Positions 19,793 through 29,236 of a stretch of 64,000 nucleotides of DNA are shown one piece after another. A model generated the notes under the pieces. The model saw only the letters and a list, made by a program, of their open reading frames with translations. It searched no databases and had not been told where the DNA came from. A program made the position numbers and the translations under genes. Every line of letters starts with the position of its first letter. The first letter of the stretch is position 1. Source of the stretch: an uncultured Verrucomicrobiae bacterium (GTDB lineage: Bacteria > Verrucomicrobiota > Verrucomicrobiia > Chthoniobacterales > UBA10450); contig CAVWPA010000001.1 of NCBI GenBank assembly GCA_963756875.1, positions 448,001 to 512,000 on the forward strand, given 5' to 3'.

Positions 19793-20557
19793 ATGAAGAT
19801 CGCCTCCTGGAATATTAATTCTCTGCGCAGACGCCAGGATCGTCTTTTCGCCTGGCTCGAAAATTTCAAACCGGACATTGTTTGCCTGCAGGAAACGAAA
19901 TGCACGGATGAGCAGTTTCCCGAGCTCGCACTCCGATCGGCCGGTTACTATTCCGCCTACCACGGCGAGAAATCGTACAACGGAGTCGCAATCCTTTCGA
20001 AAGCGAAACTGCACGATGTGCGCCCGTCTCTTTGCGACGAAGTGGACGATCCGCAAGCGCGGGTAATTTCGGCGACGATCGATCATCTTCGCGTTTACTC
20101 GATCTACGCGCCGAATGGACAGGCGGTCGGCTCCCCGGCATTCGAATACAAACTGAAGTGGTACAGGCGACTGCGCGATTGTCTGGTCAACGAAGAAACA
20201 GCAAAACTGATTGTGTGCGGGGATTTTAACGTCGCGCCGGAAGATCGAGATGTGTACGATCCGGAGCTTTGGCGCGGCGCAATCATGTGTTCGGACTCGG
20301 AGCGTGCCGCCTTCGGGCAAATGTGCGGGATCGGCTTGCGCGACACGTTGAGACTTCATCATCCGGAGACCGGACTTTTCAGCTGGTGGGATTATCGAAT
20401 GCTCGGTTTTCCAAAAAATCGCGGTCTGCGCATCGACGCAGTGCTGGCCGGCGCCGAGGTCGCAAAAAAATGTATCGATGCGGGGATCGATCGCGAAATG
20501 CGCAAAGGGAAGGAAGCTTCCGACCATGCGCCGGTCTGGGCGGAGTTCGCAAAGTAA
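19793..20557 (+). CDS. xth: Exodeoxyribonuclease III
   Basis: SWNINS, LQETK, YNGVA, YAPNG, GDFNVA, WWDYR, GLRID, SDHAP. Confidence 0.96.
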   Translation: MKIASWNINSLRRRQDRLFAWLENFKPDIVCLQETKCTDEQFPELALRSAGYYSAYHGEKSYNGVAILSKAKLHDVRPSLCDEVDDPQARVISATIDHLRVYSIYAPNGQAVGSPAFEYKLKWYRRLRDCLVNEETAKLIVCGDFNVAPEDRDVYDPELWRGAIMCSDSERAAFGQMCGIGLRDTLRLHHPETGLFSWWDYRMLGFPKNRGLRIDAVLAGAEVAKKCIDAGIDREMRKGKEASDHAPVWAEFAK

Positions 20558-20559
20558 GC

Positions 20560-20655
20560 AAACGCCGAACGCCGAACGTCCAACGCCGAACATCGAACTC
20601 GGATTCTGAATTGGACGTTGGGCGTTGGGCGTTGGACGTTGGACGTTGGACGTTT
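20560..20655. repeat. Empty inverted heptamer-repeat cassette (AACGYCS / TTGGRCG)
   Basis: aacgccgaacgccgaacgtccaacgccgaac ... ttggacgttgggcgttgggcgttggacgtt; same family at 46301-46399. Confidence 0.8.
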
Positions 20656-22509
20656 GTGAAGCGAAGCGACCATCTCCACGTTTTAAATCCGCCGCCCAGG
20701 CCGCTCATGATCTGGGATGGCGAATGCCATTTTTGCCGGCGGTGGATTGAGCGCTGGCGCGAGACCACGGCCGGCGATGTCGATTATGCGACCTATCAGG
20801 ATGCGGCCGATCGATTTCCGGAAATCCACCGAGGGCAATTCGAACGCTCTGTTGTTTACATCGACCCAGGCGGCGATGTCTTTCTCGCCGCGGAGGCCGT
20901 TTATCGGTCGTTAGGAACGCGATCTTCGCGCAAATGGCTGCCTTGGAGTTACGATTGTGTCCCCGGTTTCGCGGCAGTTTCCGAGTGGGCTTACAAATCG
21001 ATCGCTAGCCATCGCAAGACTGCTTCCGTAGTCACGCGGCTGTTTTGGGGCGACGATGTTCGACCGCCGACCTACTGCTGGGCGCGAGAATGGTTTCTGC
21101 GCGCGCTGGGCCTTATTTACCTGATCGCGTTCGTTTCGCTCTGGGTGCAGATCGACGGCCTCGTCGGAAGCGGCGGCGTATCCCCAGTCGGCCAATTTCT
21201 GGTGGCAGTGCGCGAGCAATTCGGCGCGCGCGCATTCTCGATATTTCCCACACTATTTTGGTTTAACTCGAGCGATGCGTTTCTGCATTTGATTTGCGGC
21301 GCCGGGGCCGTTGCGTCACTGCTCGTCATCTTTGGAATTGCGCGCATTTTTTGTCTCGTTGCGCTTCTTGTTTTTTATCTTTCGCTCACTGTTGCCGGCC
21401 AAACGTTTCTCAGTTTTCAATGGGACGGGCTGCTTCTTGAGACCGGGTTTCTGGCAATCTTTCTCGCGCCGCCGCGGCTTTGGCCCGGGCACGGACGCGA
21501 ACCACCGGTGTCGCGGGTGGGACTTTTTCTACTCAAGCTTCTGCTTTTCAAACTGATGTTCATGTCGGGCGTTGTAAAGCTGACCAGCGGTGACGATTCG
21601 TGGTGGAACCTGACCGCGCTCGATTATCATTATTGGTCGCAACCGCTCCCGACGATTTTCGCGTGGTACGCGGATAAGAGCCCGGAGTGGTTCAGGCATT
21701 TTTCGGTAGCGTTGTGCCTTGTCGCGGAGATCGTGGCCCCATTTTTCATCTGGGCGCCGCGCCGGCTGCGATTGATCGCGTGCGGGCTGTTAATCTTTTT
21801 GCAAATCGCCATCGCGATTACCGGCAATTACTGCTTTTTTAATCTGCTCACCATCGCGCTCTGTTTATTGCTGATCGACGACGCGCCGGTAGGGACGGCG
21901 CGACTCGCCGTCCTCGGCCCGCGCAGCGCGCGGCCCCTGCCAGAACAATTCTCGACCCTTGCGGCAGTTGCAGTGCTCGTCGTTACCCTGCCGTTGAATG
22001 CATGGCTGATTTTCAGCGCATTCAAGCCGGGCGCCGAACCGCCGGCGATCGTTCAAGTCGTCGAGCCGCTTCGGATTGTGAACGGGTATGGTTTGTTTCG
22101 CGTCATGACAAAAGATCGCGACGAAATTATCATCGAAGGCAGCGCGGATGGCATCGATTGGCGCCCATATGAATTCAAATGGAAGCCGGGCGATGTGATG
22201 CGCGCGCCGGGCTGGTGCGCGCCGCACCAACCAAGACTGGACTGGCAAATGTGGTTCGCTGCGCTCGAGTCACCCAGGCAGAATCCATGGCTCGTTGGTC
22301 TTGTCTTTCGTCTTTTTCAAAACAAGCCCGAGGTGATCCATTTGTTAAATGGCAATCCGTTCCCGAATTCGCCGCCGCACTACATTCGCGCGGAATTTTA
22401 TCGATATCGCTTTACTACGATGGAGGAACATCGAAAGACCGGCGCGTGGTGGAAGCGGCAGTTTCTCGGAGAATATCTTCCAGAAATTCCAATCGAAGCC
22501 GTCCGTTAG
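20656..22509 (+). CDS. Lipase maturation factor family protein with N-terminal DCC1/DUF393-like domain
   Basis: WDGECHFCRRW (DxxCxxC), then FQWDGLLLETGFL, SGVVKL, QPLP, TGNYCFFN, YGLFRVMT, HQPRLDWQMWF. GTG start inferred. Confidence 0.88.
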   Translation: MKRSDHLHVLNPPPRPLMIWDGECHFCRRWIERWRETTAGDVDYATYQDAADRFPEIHRGQFERSVVYIDPGGDVFLAAEAVYRSLGTRSSRKWLPWSYDCVPGFAAVSEWAYKSIASHRKTASVVTRLFWGDDVRPPTYCWAREWFLRALGLIYLIAFVSLWVQIDGLVGSGGVSPVGQFLVAVREQFGARAFSIFPTLFWFNSSDAFLHLICGAGAVASLLVIFGIARIFCLVALLVFYLSLTVAGQTFLSFQWDGLLLETGFLAIFLAPPRLWPGHGREPPVSRVGLFLLKLLLFKLMFMSGVVKLTSGDDSWWNLTALDYHYWSQPLPTIFAWYADKSPEWFRHFSVALCLVAEIVAPFFIWAPRRLRLIACGLLIFLQIAIAITGNYCFFNLLTIALCLLLIDDAPVGTARLAVLGPRSARPLPEQFSTLAAVAVLVVTLPLNAWLIFSAFKPGAEPPAIVQVVEPLRIVNGYGLFRVMTKDRDEIIIEGSADGIDWRPYEFKWKPGDVMRAPGWCAPHQPRLDWQMWFAALESPRQNPWLVGLVFRLFQNKPEVIHLLNGNPFPNSPPHYIRAEFYRYRFTTMEEHRKTGAWWKRQFLGEYLPEIPIEAVR

Positions 22510-22545
22510 GGTCGACAATAATTGACTGTGCAGCTATAATTCGGC

Positions 22546-22764
22546 ATGCCGAAGGAGGAACAAATCGTTACCGAGGGCACCGTCACGGAAGTGTTGCCTG
22601 GCACGATGTTTCGCGTCGATCTGAGCGGACAGCGAAAGGTGTTGGCCCATATTTCCGGCAAAATGCGCAAACATTTTATTCGCATCGTGCCGGGGGACAA
22701 AGTTTCGGTGGAACTTTCGCCTTACGATCTGACCAAGGCGCGGATTATCTTTCGCGAACAGTGA
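22546..22764 (+). CDS. infA: Translation initiation factor IF-1
   Basis: [44 protein letters not shown]. Confidence 0.98.
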   Translation: MPKEEQIVTEGTVTEVLPGTMFRVDLSGQRKVLAHISGKMRKHFIRIVPGDKVSVELSPYDLTKARIIFREQ

Positions 22765-23004
22765 ACGCGCGCTCCGGCGCGGGATCGAACGTCGAACCGT
22801 TGCCTCCGGCTCCGTAGAACCTCCGGTTTGGAGAGAGACGTCGGAAGAACTGCGTTGATAACCGGCCCCCAACCCCAGGGGAGAAAGAGAAGCGCAGTCA
22901 GGGCGCGATTTCTGTTTCACCGTAAGAGAAGATTTGTTGGTGTGGCGTTTGCTCAAAGAGGGAGAGTGCGGATATTTGAGGCAAAAGAAAACCGGAGGAA
23001 TACA

Positions 23005-23355
23005 ATGGCTGAAGAACACAAAAATAAGGCGTCCTCAATGGGGGACGCGCAGAATAAATTCGAGAGCAGCAAGACACACGCGCGCAAAGCCGCCGAGGAT
23101 TTGCGGGACGCAGCCGGCGCGGTTGCTGGGGAGTATCGTGGCAAGGCGGAGCAGGCCTGGGGCGATGCGCGTGGCAAAGCCGAGCAAGCCTGGGGCGATG
23201 CGCGTGGCAAAGCCGAGCATGCCTGGGACGATGCCAGAACCCGTGTCCGCACGTTTCAGGAAGATACCGAGCAATACGTGCGCGAAAATCCGACGAAAGC
23301 AGTCTTTACCGCGCTTGGAGTCGGATTTGTTCTGGGCTTGATCTTCCGGCGTTAA
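23005..23355 (+). CDS. ElaB/YqjD/DUF883 family tail-anchored protein
   Basis: YVRENPTKAVFTALGVGFVLGLIFRR C-terminus; GGAGG RBS; three 11-aa repeats. Confidence 0.85.
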   Translation: MAEEHKNKASSMGDAQNKFESSKTHARKAAEDLRDAAGAVAGEYRGKAEQAWGDARGKAEQAWGDARGKAEHAWDDARTRVRTFQEDTEQYVRENPTKAVFTALGVGFVLGLIFRR

Positions 23356-23369
23356 TCGCAGCTTGCTGA

Positions 23370-23801
23370 ATGGCTGGCGAGACGATGCGATTCCGCAGTC
23401 GTGCGGGAGACGGCGGTTTGTTTAATAGCTTGTTCGCGCTAATCAGCGCGCTGTCCGGTTTTTTCCGGAGCCGCGCAGCACTGATTGCCAAAGAATCGAA
23501 GGCTGCCGCGATCCAGTGCGTCATCCTGGCCGTCTGCCTTGTGGCGGCGCTCATGCTTTTTGCTTTGGGGTATGTGTTTCTGGTCGTCAGCGTGATCGTT
23601 GGAATCGCACATGCGGCTCAGGTCTCCTGGACTTGGATCGCGCTGGCGGCGGCGGGCTTTCATTTTTTAATTGCGCTCTTTTGTCTGCTTATTGTGAGAA
23701 GTAAAATGACCAAGCCCATGTTTCGCGCGACATCGGCTGAATTAAAGAAGGATGCTGAATGGCTGAAAACTCTCGACGGAGCAAGTCATCCACGGAATTG
23801 A
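23370..23801 (+). CDS. YqjE-like (holin-family) membrane protein
   Basis: Two TM segments, F.ATSAELKKDAEWL tail, follows the yqjD-like gene. Confidence 0.75.
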   Translation: MAGETMRFRSRAGDGGLFNSLFALISALSGFFRSRAALIAKESKAAAIQCVILAVCLVAALMLFALGYVFLVVSVIVGIAHAAQVSWTWIALAAAGFHFLIALFCLLIVRSKMTKPMFRATSAELKKDAEWLKTLDGASHPRN

Positions 23802-24151
23802 GCGACGAAGTCGATCGCTCGCGTGAACGTGTCGCGCAAGAACTGCGCAATCTCCGCGGCGAATTGGATTTGCCGAAACAGATCCGGAGGTCGTTTCGGC
23901 GTCAACCGGTTCTCTGGATCGCTGCAGCAACAGCCGTCGGCCTTGTCGTTACGGTCAGGCTTGGGCGGAGAAAAAAGCCTGAAGTATCAAGTAAGGAAGC
24001 CGGAAAAGCGGAAAACGCATTGCTTGGGGCCGGCTTCATTTTGGGTCTCGTGAAAATCGCCGCTAACCTTTTCAAGCCGTTCATCGTCAGTTTTGTGAGC
24101 GACAAGGTGGGCCGTTACGCGAGCCGCGAGCATTCCCGAAAGAGATGGTAA
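23759..24151 (+). CDS. Hypothetical protein (YqjK/DUF3618-like)
   Basis: Coiled N-terminus plus TM; third gene of a yqjD-E-K-like triad. Confidence 0.6.
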   Translation: MAENSRRSKSSTELSDEVDRSRERVAQELRNLRGELDLPKQIRRSFRRQPVLWIAAATAVGLVVTVRLGRRKKPEVSSKEAGKAENALLGAGFILGLVKIAANLFKPFIVSFVSDKVGRYASREHSRKRW

Positions 24152-24207
24152 GCTCATTTTGAGTTTACGAAGGAACCGCGGCGAATAATGATCCAGGCAG
24201 TTGCGCC

Positions 24208-25317
24208 ATGACTGCCGAGTCCAAAAACAAATCCGACGGGTCTTCGTCGGCGAGCTTCAGCCATGTCGATCAATATCTGGCGGTCGGGCAAAAGGCGGGC
24301 GCGTCCGACGTCCACCTTGGTGTAAATTCGCCGCCGATCTGGCGTTTGCACGGAACGTTGCAACCGATCTGGCCCGATGCGCCGGTTTTCACGAGCGAAC
24401 AAACATTGGCGCTGGCGGAAGGATTTCTCTCCGATTTGCACAAAAAGCAGCTGAACGAGCGCGGCGATACCGATTTTGCGTATGCCAATGAATTCGGCCG
24501 TTACCGGACGAGCGTGGTGCGGCAGAGGCTCGGACTTGAGATCGTCTTTCGCATCATTAATACCAGTGTGCGGACGATGGACGAGCTTGGCTTACCTCAA
24601 CATCTTAAGTTGCTCACCCGCTATCAAAACGGCTTGATCCTGGTGACCGGGTCGGTCGGCAGCGGAAAATCGACCACACTGGCTGCGCTGGTCGAGCAGG
24701 TGAACATGGAACGTCGCGAGCATATCATCACGCTGGAAGACCCCATCGAGTACGTGCTGGAACCGAAGAGTTGCCACATCACGCAGCGCGAAGTCCACAC
24801 CCACACGCTCTCATTTTCGGCGGCGTTGCGAGGTGCTCTCCGGGAAGATCCGGATGTCATCATGGTGGGAGAAATGCGCGACCTGGAGACGATTTCGCTC
24901 GCCATCACTGCGTCGGAGACCGGCCACCTGGTCCTGGGAACGTTGCATACCGGAAATGCGTCGCGCACGCTCGATCGATTACTCGACGTATTTCCGCCCG
25001 ATCAACAGGAGCAGATCCGCATCATGGTCAGCGAATCGCTGCGGGGCGTGATCAGTCAGCAGCTGATTCCGCGCATCGATGGAAAAGGACGGGTGCTCGC
25101 GCTGGAAACTCTAACCAACACACCCGCCGTGGCGAATGTCATCCGCGAAGCGAAAACGTACATGCTGCCCGGGATCATCCAGACCGGGAAGAAACAGGGC
25201 ATGCAGCTGATGGACGATTCCCTGGTCGATCTTTACAACCGCGGCTTGATCAGCGCCGAAGAGGCCTACGCCCGCGCAGAGCAAAAAGCCGAAATGCGAC
25301 AGCATCTGAAAATCTGA
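24208..25317 (+). CDS. pilT: Type IV pilus retraction ATPase PilT
   Basis: ASDVHL, GSVGSGKSTT, TLEDPIE, ALREDPDVIMVGEMRD, ETGHLVLGTLH. Confidence 0.92.
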   Translation: MTAESKNKSDGSSSASFSHVDQYLAVGQKAGASDVHLGVNSPPIWRLHGTLQPIWPDAPVFTSEQTLALAEGFLSDLHKKQLNERGDTDFAYANEFGRYRTSVVRQRLGLEIVFRIINTSVRTMDELGLPQHLKLLTRYQNGLILVTGSVGSGKSTTLAALVEQVNMERREHIITLEDPIEYVLEPKSCHITQREVHTHTLSFSAALRGALREDPDVIMVGEMRDLETISLAITASETGHLVLGTLHTGNASRTLDRLLDVFPPDQQEQIRIMVSESLRGVISQQLIPRIDGKGRVLALETLTNTPAVANVIREAKTYMLPGIIQTGKKQGMQLMDDSLVDLYNRGLISAEEAYARAEQKAEMRQHLKI

Positions 25318-25788
25318 CCACGGATTACACGGATTTAACGGATGAGGAAAATAATTCATGAAGAGCTAAGCGGCATCATTATTGGCATCGCTATGGAGGT
25401 GCTCAATGAGTTGAAGCCGGGACTGGATGAAAAACTGTATGAGCGAGCTATGGCAATTGAATTGAAAAGGCGCGGCCATCCGATTTCGGTCCAGACCGCG
25501 TTTCCGGTTTTTTATCGCGGCGAACTAATCGGAAATTTGGTTCCTGATTTAATTGTAGATAATGCCGTAATCGTTGACCCGAAAGTAGCATCCAGCTTCA
25601 CCGAAGCGCACGTTGCTCAAATGATCGGTTATTTGAACATCACCGGGCTCGATCTGGCGCTCCTGCTAAACTTCAAGAATTCGCGCCTGGAATGGAAACG
25701 CGTTTTGCGACCGCGTGAAGCTGCCGGACAAATCGCCCCTGATCTTCATGGTTGAGTATGAATCCGTGATATCCGTGTAATCCGTGGT
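25317..25788. mobile_element. Putative mobile cassette: 27-bp inverted arms (3 x 9-mer) around a GxxExxY gene
   Basis: accacggat tacacggat ttaacggat (25317-25343) and atccgtgat atccgtgta atccgtggt (25762-25788); TCTG on both sides. Confidence 0.65.
25342..25755 (+). CDS. GxxExxY protein
   Basis: GLDEKLY motif, PDLIVD..IVDPK, HVAQMIGYL, LLLNF. Confidence 0.92.
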   Translation: MRKIIHEELSGIIIGIAMEVLNELKPGLDEKLYERAMAIELKRRGHPISVQTAFPVFYRGELIGNLVPDLIVDNAVIVDPKVASSFTEAHVAQMIGYLNITGLDLALLLNFKNSRLEWKRVLRPREAAGQIAPDLHG

Positions 25789-25794
25789 TCTGAA

Positions 25795-26946
25795 ATGGCT
25801 TATTTGGATCAATTTCTAAAAGTGATCGTCGACCAGGGCGGGTCCGATCTGCACATCGGCGAGGGACAACCGCCCAAGATGCGCAAGCACGGCGATGTGG
25901 CGCCGATTCGAGAGGAGCCGATCGCGCACGACGAAGCGTTGTCGATGCTGAGCGAAGTCTGCGGGCCGCATAATTGGGAAATTTTCGAGGAACGCGGCGA
26001 CCTCGATTTCGCTTACGAGATGGATGCCGCGTCGCGTTTCCGTTGCAACTATCTCAAGCAGGCCAACGGATACGGCGCCGTCTTTCGTTTAATTCCCACC
26101 AGGATTGCTTCGCTGGAAGAGCTGGGCATTCCGCTCGTGGTCAAGGATTTTGCGCACTTGCGCGGCGGCCTCGTTCTCGTGACCGGGCCTACCGGTTCCG
26201 GCAAATCGACGACGCTGGCCGCTCTCATCGATTACATTAACGAGAATTTTGCGAGACACGTCGTAACGATTGAAGAACCAATCGAGTTCGTGCACGAGAA
26301 CAAGCGCAGCATCATTACGCAGCGTGAGGTTCCTAACGATTCGATCACGTTTCCGGTCGCGCTAAAAGCCGCATTGCGCGAGGACGTGGACATCGTGCTG
26401 GTCGGGGAAATGCGCGATCTCGAGACGATTTCGCTGGCACTCACCGCTGCCGAGACGGGCGTGCTCGTTTTCGGGACGCTGCATACCAACAACGCGCGCA
26501 AGACGGTCGACCGCATGGTGGATGTCTTCCCGGCGCCGCGACAGGCGCAGGCGCGCGCGATGCTGGCGAACTCGCTTCGCGGCGTGCTCGCCCAATTGCT
26601 GTTGAAAAAAGCCGATGGCTCGGGCCGGGTCGCAGTAAACGAAATCCTGATCGCCAGCGCCGCGGTCTCGGCAATTATTCGTGAAGGCGCAACGCAAAAA
26701 CTTCAGGACGTCATCGTGTCGGGCAAGGGGCAGGGGATGCAATTCATGGACGACGCGATCTGGGCGCTTCTGCAACAGGGAATTGTCACGCCTCATGAGG
26801 CATTTATGAAAGCCATCGACAAAAATCGATTCAAAAAATTTCTGCCCGCCGAAGAAGAAGCCCTCGGTAATGCGGCTGGCGCCGTTCCGAACGACGAAAA
26901 GCGTGCGGCTGGAAACTATGTTAAACCTGCTCGCCGCGCACGTTGA
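25795..26946 (+). CDS. pilT: Type IV pilus retraction ATPase PilT/PilU paralogue
   Basis: GSDLHI, GPTGSGKSTT, TIEEPIE, ALREDVDIVLVGEMRD, FGTLH. Confidence 0.9.
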   Translation: MAYLDQFLKVIVDQGGSDLHIGEGQPPKMRKHGDVAPIREEPIAHDEALSMLSEVCGPHNWEIFEERGDLDFAYEMDAASRFRCNYLKQANGYGAVFRLIPTRIASLEELGIPLVVKDFAHLRGGLVLVTGPTGSGKSTTLAALIDYINENFARHVVTIEEPIEFVHENKRSIITQREVPNDSITFPVALKAALREDVDIVLVGEMRDLETISLALTAAETGVLVFGTLHTNNARKTVDRMVDVFPAPRQAQARAMLANSLRGVLAQLLLKKADGSGRVAVNEILIASAAVSAIIREGATQKLQDVIVSGKGQGMQFMDDAIWALLQQGIVTPHEAFMKAIDKNRFKKFLPAEEEALGNAAGAVPNDEKRAAGNYVKPARRAR

Positions 26947-27113
26947 AAGCCTCCGCGTGTCGCCGAACACGGGCTGTTTTCACCCAAAGTGCCGGATCTT
27001 GCGTGGCTGGCGGTCCGTTCGGTTCGTTGACAAGGAAAAACGCGAGTGATAATTTCGCGCGATTTTCGACGCTTTGGCGGGTTGAATTCCTGCCGCATTG
27101 AAATATCGACATT

Positions 27114-27725
27114 GTGCACTCGTTACTAAATAGCCAGGTTTTGGTGCTCAACCGTCTCTGGCAGGCGGTGAACATCTGCACGGCGCGACGCGCGTTTTCG
27201 CTCGTTTATGCGGGTCACGCGCACGTTGTTTCGTCCGACGACACAAACAATTTTCTGACGCACGATTTCGAGAGTTGGCGCGATTTTTCGGCTAACGCGC
27301 CCGACCACGAAATGGTTACCACGATTTCGTGGAAGATCCGCGTGCCGCGCGTGATCGTGCTGCTCTTTTTCGATCGTCTCCCGAAGAAGGAAGTAAAATT
27401 TACGCGCCACAACGTTTTCGAGCGCGACAAGAACACATGCCAGTATTGCGGCCACACTTTCGATCGCAGCGACTTAAACCTCGACCACGTTGTGCCGCGC
27501 GATCGCGGCGGAACGACGACGTGGGAAAACGTGGTTTGCTCGTGCATCGAGTGCAATACGCGAGAAGGGAATCGTCTTCCCCGGGAGGCGAGCATGACCC
27601 TGATTCGCAAACCGAAGCGGCCGAAGTGGCGACCGTTTGTGCACGTGACTTTTTCCTCGCCGCAACATGAGAGCTGGCGGCACTTTGTCGATCTCGCCTA
27701 CTGGAACGTCGAGCTGAGCGATTGA
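27114..27725 (+). CDS. HNH endonuclease
   Basis: VLVLN, VPRVI, RDKNTCQYCG, DHVVPRDRGG...WENVVCSCIECN. Confidence 0.92.
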   Translation: MHSLLNSQVLVLNRLWQAVNICTARRAFSLVYAGHAHVVSSDDTNNFLTHDFESWRDFSANAPDHEMVTTISWKIRVPRVIVLLFFDRLPKKEVKFTRHNVFERDKNTCQYCGHTFDRSDLNLDHVVPRDRGGTTTWENVVCSCIECNTREGNRLPREASMTLIRKPKRPKWRPFVHVTFSSPQHESWRHFVDLAYWNVELSD

Positions 27726-27767
27726 GCCGGGCAGAATCCGAACCGCGGATTACGCGGATAACACGTT

Positions 27768-27819
27768 GGTAGGGACGCCGCGCTGCGGCGTCCGGCCGGC
27801 GCAGCGCGCCGACCCTACC
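27768..27819. repeat. GGTAGGGACG-type REP palindrome containing the nuoN stop
   Basis: ggtagggacgccgcgctgcggcgtcc...ccctacc; preceded by a lone 9-mer arm aaccgcggattacgcggat at 27741. Confidence 0.75.
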
Positions 27820-29236
27820 GCTTTAACGCGTTCAGAATCGGCTGCGGATAAATCCCCAGCCAGACGATCGCGACGATCAGCCCGGACATCATCAGCCGCG
27901 ACAAGCCGCTTACCGGGATCGATTCGACGCTCGTCGCCGGCTGCCAATACATCGCGCGGACTACTTTGAGATAATAATAAAAGCCGCAGGCGACCGTGAC
28001 GACACCGACGGCCACCAGCGCGAATTGATGTTGGTGGATCGCGGCCGCGAAAATGAAAAACTTCCCAAAGAATCCGGCGGTAAAGGGCACGCCGGCCAGT
28101 GAAACCATTGCGATCAACATGGCGAAAGCGAGGAAAGGCGCCCGTTTTGCCAGACCGTCAAAATCCGAAATCCGTTCGCCGGTTTGCTGCGCCACAACGA
28201 TTAGGACAGCAAAGCTCAGCAACGTCATCAACAAGTATGCGACGAGATAAAATGCTACCGCTTGTCCCGCGAAACATGCGACGCCAATCAACAAGTAACC
28301 TGCGTGAGCGATGCTCGAATACCCAAGCAATCGTTTGAGATTGGTTTGCGGGAGCGCGGCGAGATTTCCATACACAACAGTGAGAAGGGCGATCAATACG
28401 ATCAACCGCTCCATGTTTGGCAGCATGGTGAACGGTCGGAGCACGCGCAGCAGCACGACGAAGCCCGCAGCCTTGGATCCAACCGACAGGTACGCTGTTA
28501 CCGGTGTGGGCGCGCCCTGGTAAACGTCCGGCACCCAGATTTGAAATGGGACGGCTGCGATCTTGAACCCGAGCGCAACGAGCACGAGAACCGCTCCGAA
28601 AAGAGCGGCATTTGTGTCGATGCCAGGACTTGCCAGGGCCGCGGTAATGCGCTGCAGATTCGTCTCGCCGGTCACTCCGAAAATCCAGGCGATTCCGTAA
28701 ACAAAGAATGCGGTCGAGACTGCGCTAAGAATCAAATATTTCACCCCCGCTTCGAGCGTGGCAGGATTTTTCTTCGTAAAAGCAACCAGGACATAAAACG
28801 AAACTGTCACCAGCTCGATCGCGACAAAGATCATCACGAAATCGATCGCCGAGACGGTGTACATCAGTCCGGCACAGGTAAAAATGGGCACGGCGAAAAA
28901 TTCACCGAGAGCAGATCGACCTTCGTCACCGGCAAAAGCACGCACGACAGGCGCGTAGTCGATCATCATTACGAGAACAAGAATGGTGGTCAGCAACGCA
29001 AACCGCTTGAAGAAGATCGAGAGCGGGTCCGCCGTGTAGAAGCTCCAGAAACCGGTTGCATTGTCAGATGACGAACCTGGTTGGAGAAAGAAAGTCGCGA
29101 CCAGCACGATAACGAGTCCGGCAATCGCCGCGTAGGCGAAGACGCGTTTGTCGATCCTGGGCGCAAATGCTTCGAACATCAGGATGATCATGCCGAGGAC
29201 GAGCACGGCAATTTCGAGATCGGGCGGCGGGATCAT
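27815..29236 (-). CDS. nuoN: NADH-quinone oxidoreductase subunit N
   Basis: EAGVKYL, GFKIAAVPF.IWVPDVYQGAPTP, KRLLGYSSIAHAGY. Confidence 0.96.
   Translation of the reverse strand: MIPPPDLEIAVLVLGMIILMFEAFAPRIDKRVFAYAAIAGLVIVLVATFFLQPGSSSDNATGFWSFYTADPLSIFFKRFALLTTILVLVMMIDYAPVVRAFAGDEGRSALGEFFAVPIFTCAGLMYTVSAIDFVMIFVAIELVTVSFYVLVAFTKKNPATLEAGVKYLILSAVSTAFFVYGIAWIFGVTGETNLQRITAALASPGIDTNAALFGAVLVLVALGFKIAAVPFQIWVPDVYQGAPTPVTAYLSVGSKAAGFVVLLRVLRPFTMLPNMERLIVLIALLTVVYGNLAALPQTNLKRLLGYSSIAHAGYLLIGVACFAGQAVAFYLVAYLLMTLLSFAVLIVVAQQTGERISDFDGLAKRAPFLAFAMLIAMVSLAGVPFTAGFFGKFFIFAAAIHQHQFALVAVGVVTVACGFYYYLKVVRAMYWQPATSVESIPVSGLSRLMMSGLIVAIVWLGIYPQPILNALKR

Noticed and set aside
23370..23801. Holin as evidence of a prophage
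   Set aside because: YqjE-like protein in a yqjD-E-K-like operon; no phage genes nearby.
27114..27725. HNH gene as a homing endonuclease or driver of the repeat cassettes
   Set aside because: Looks like the common standalone HNH family; no intron and no paired arms around it, only a lone arm downstream.
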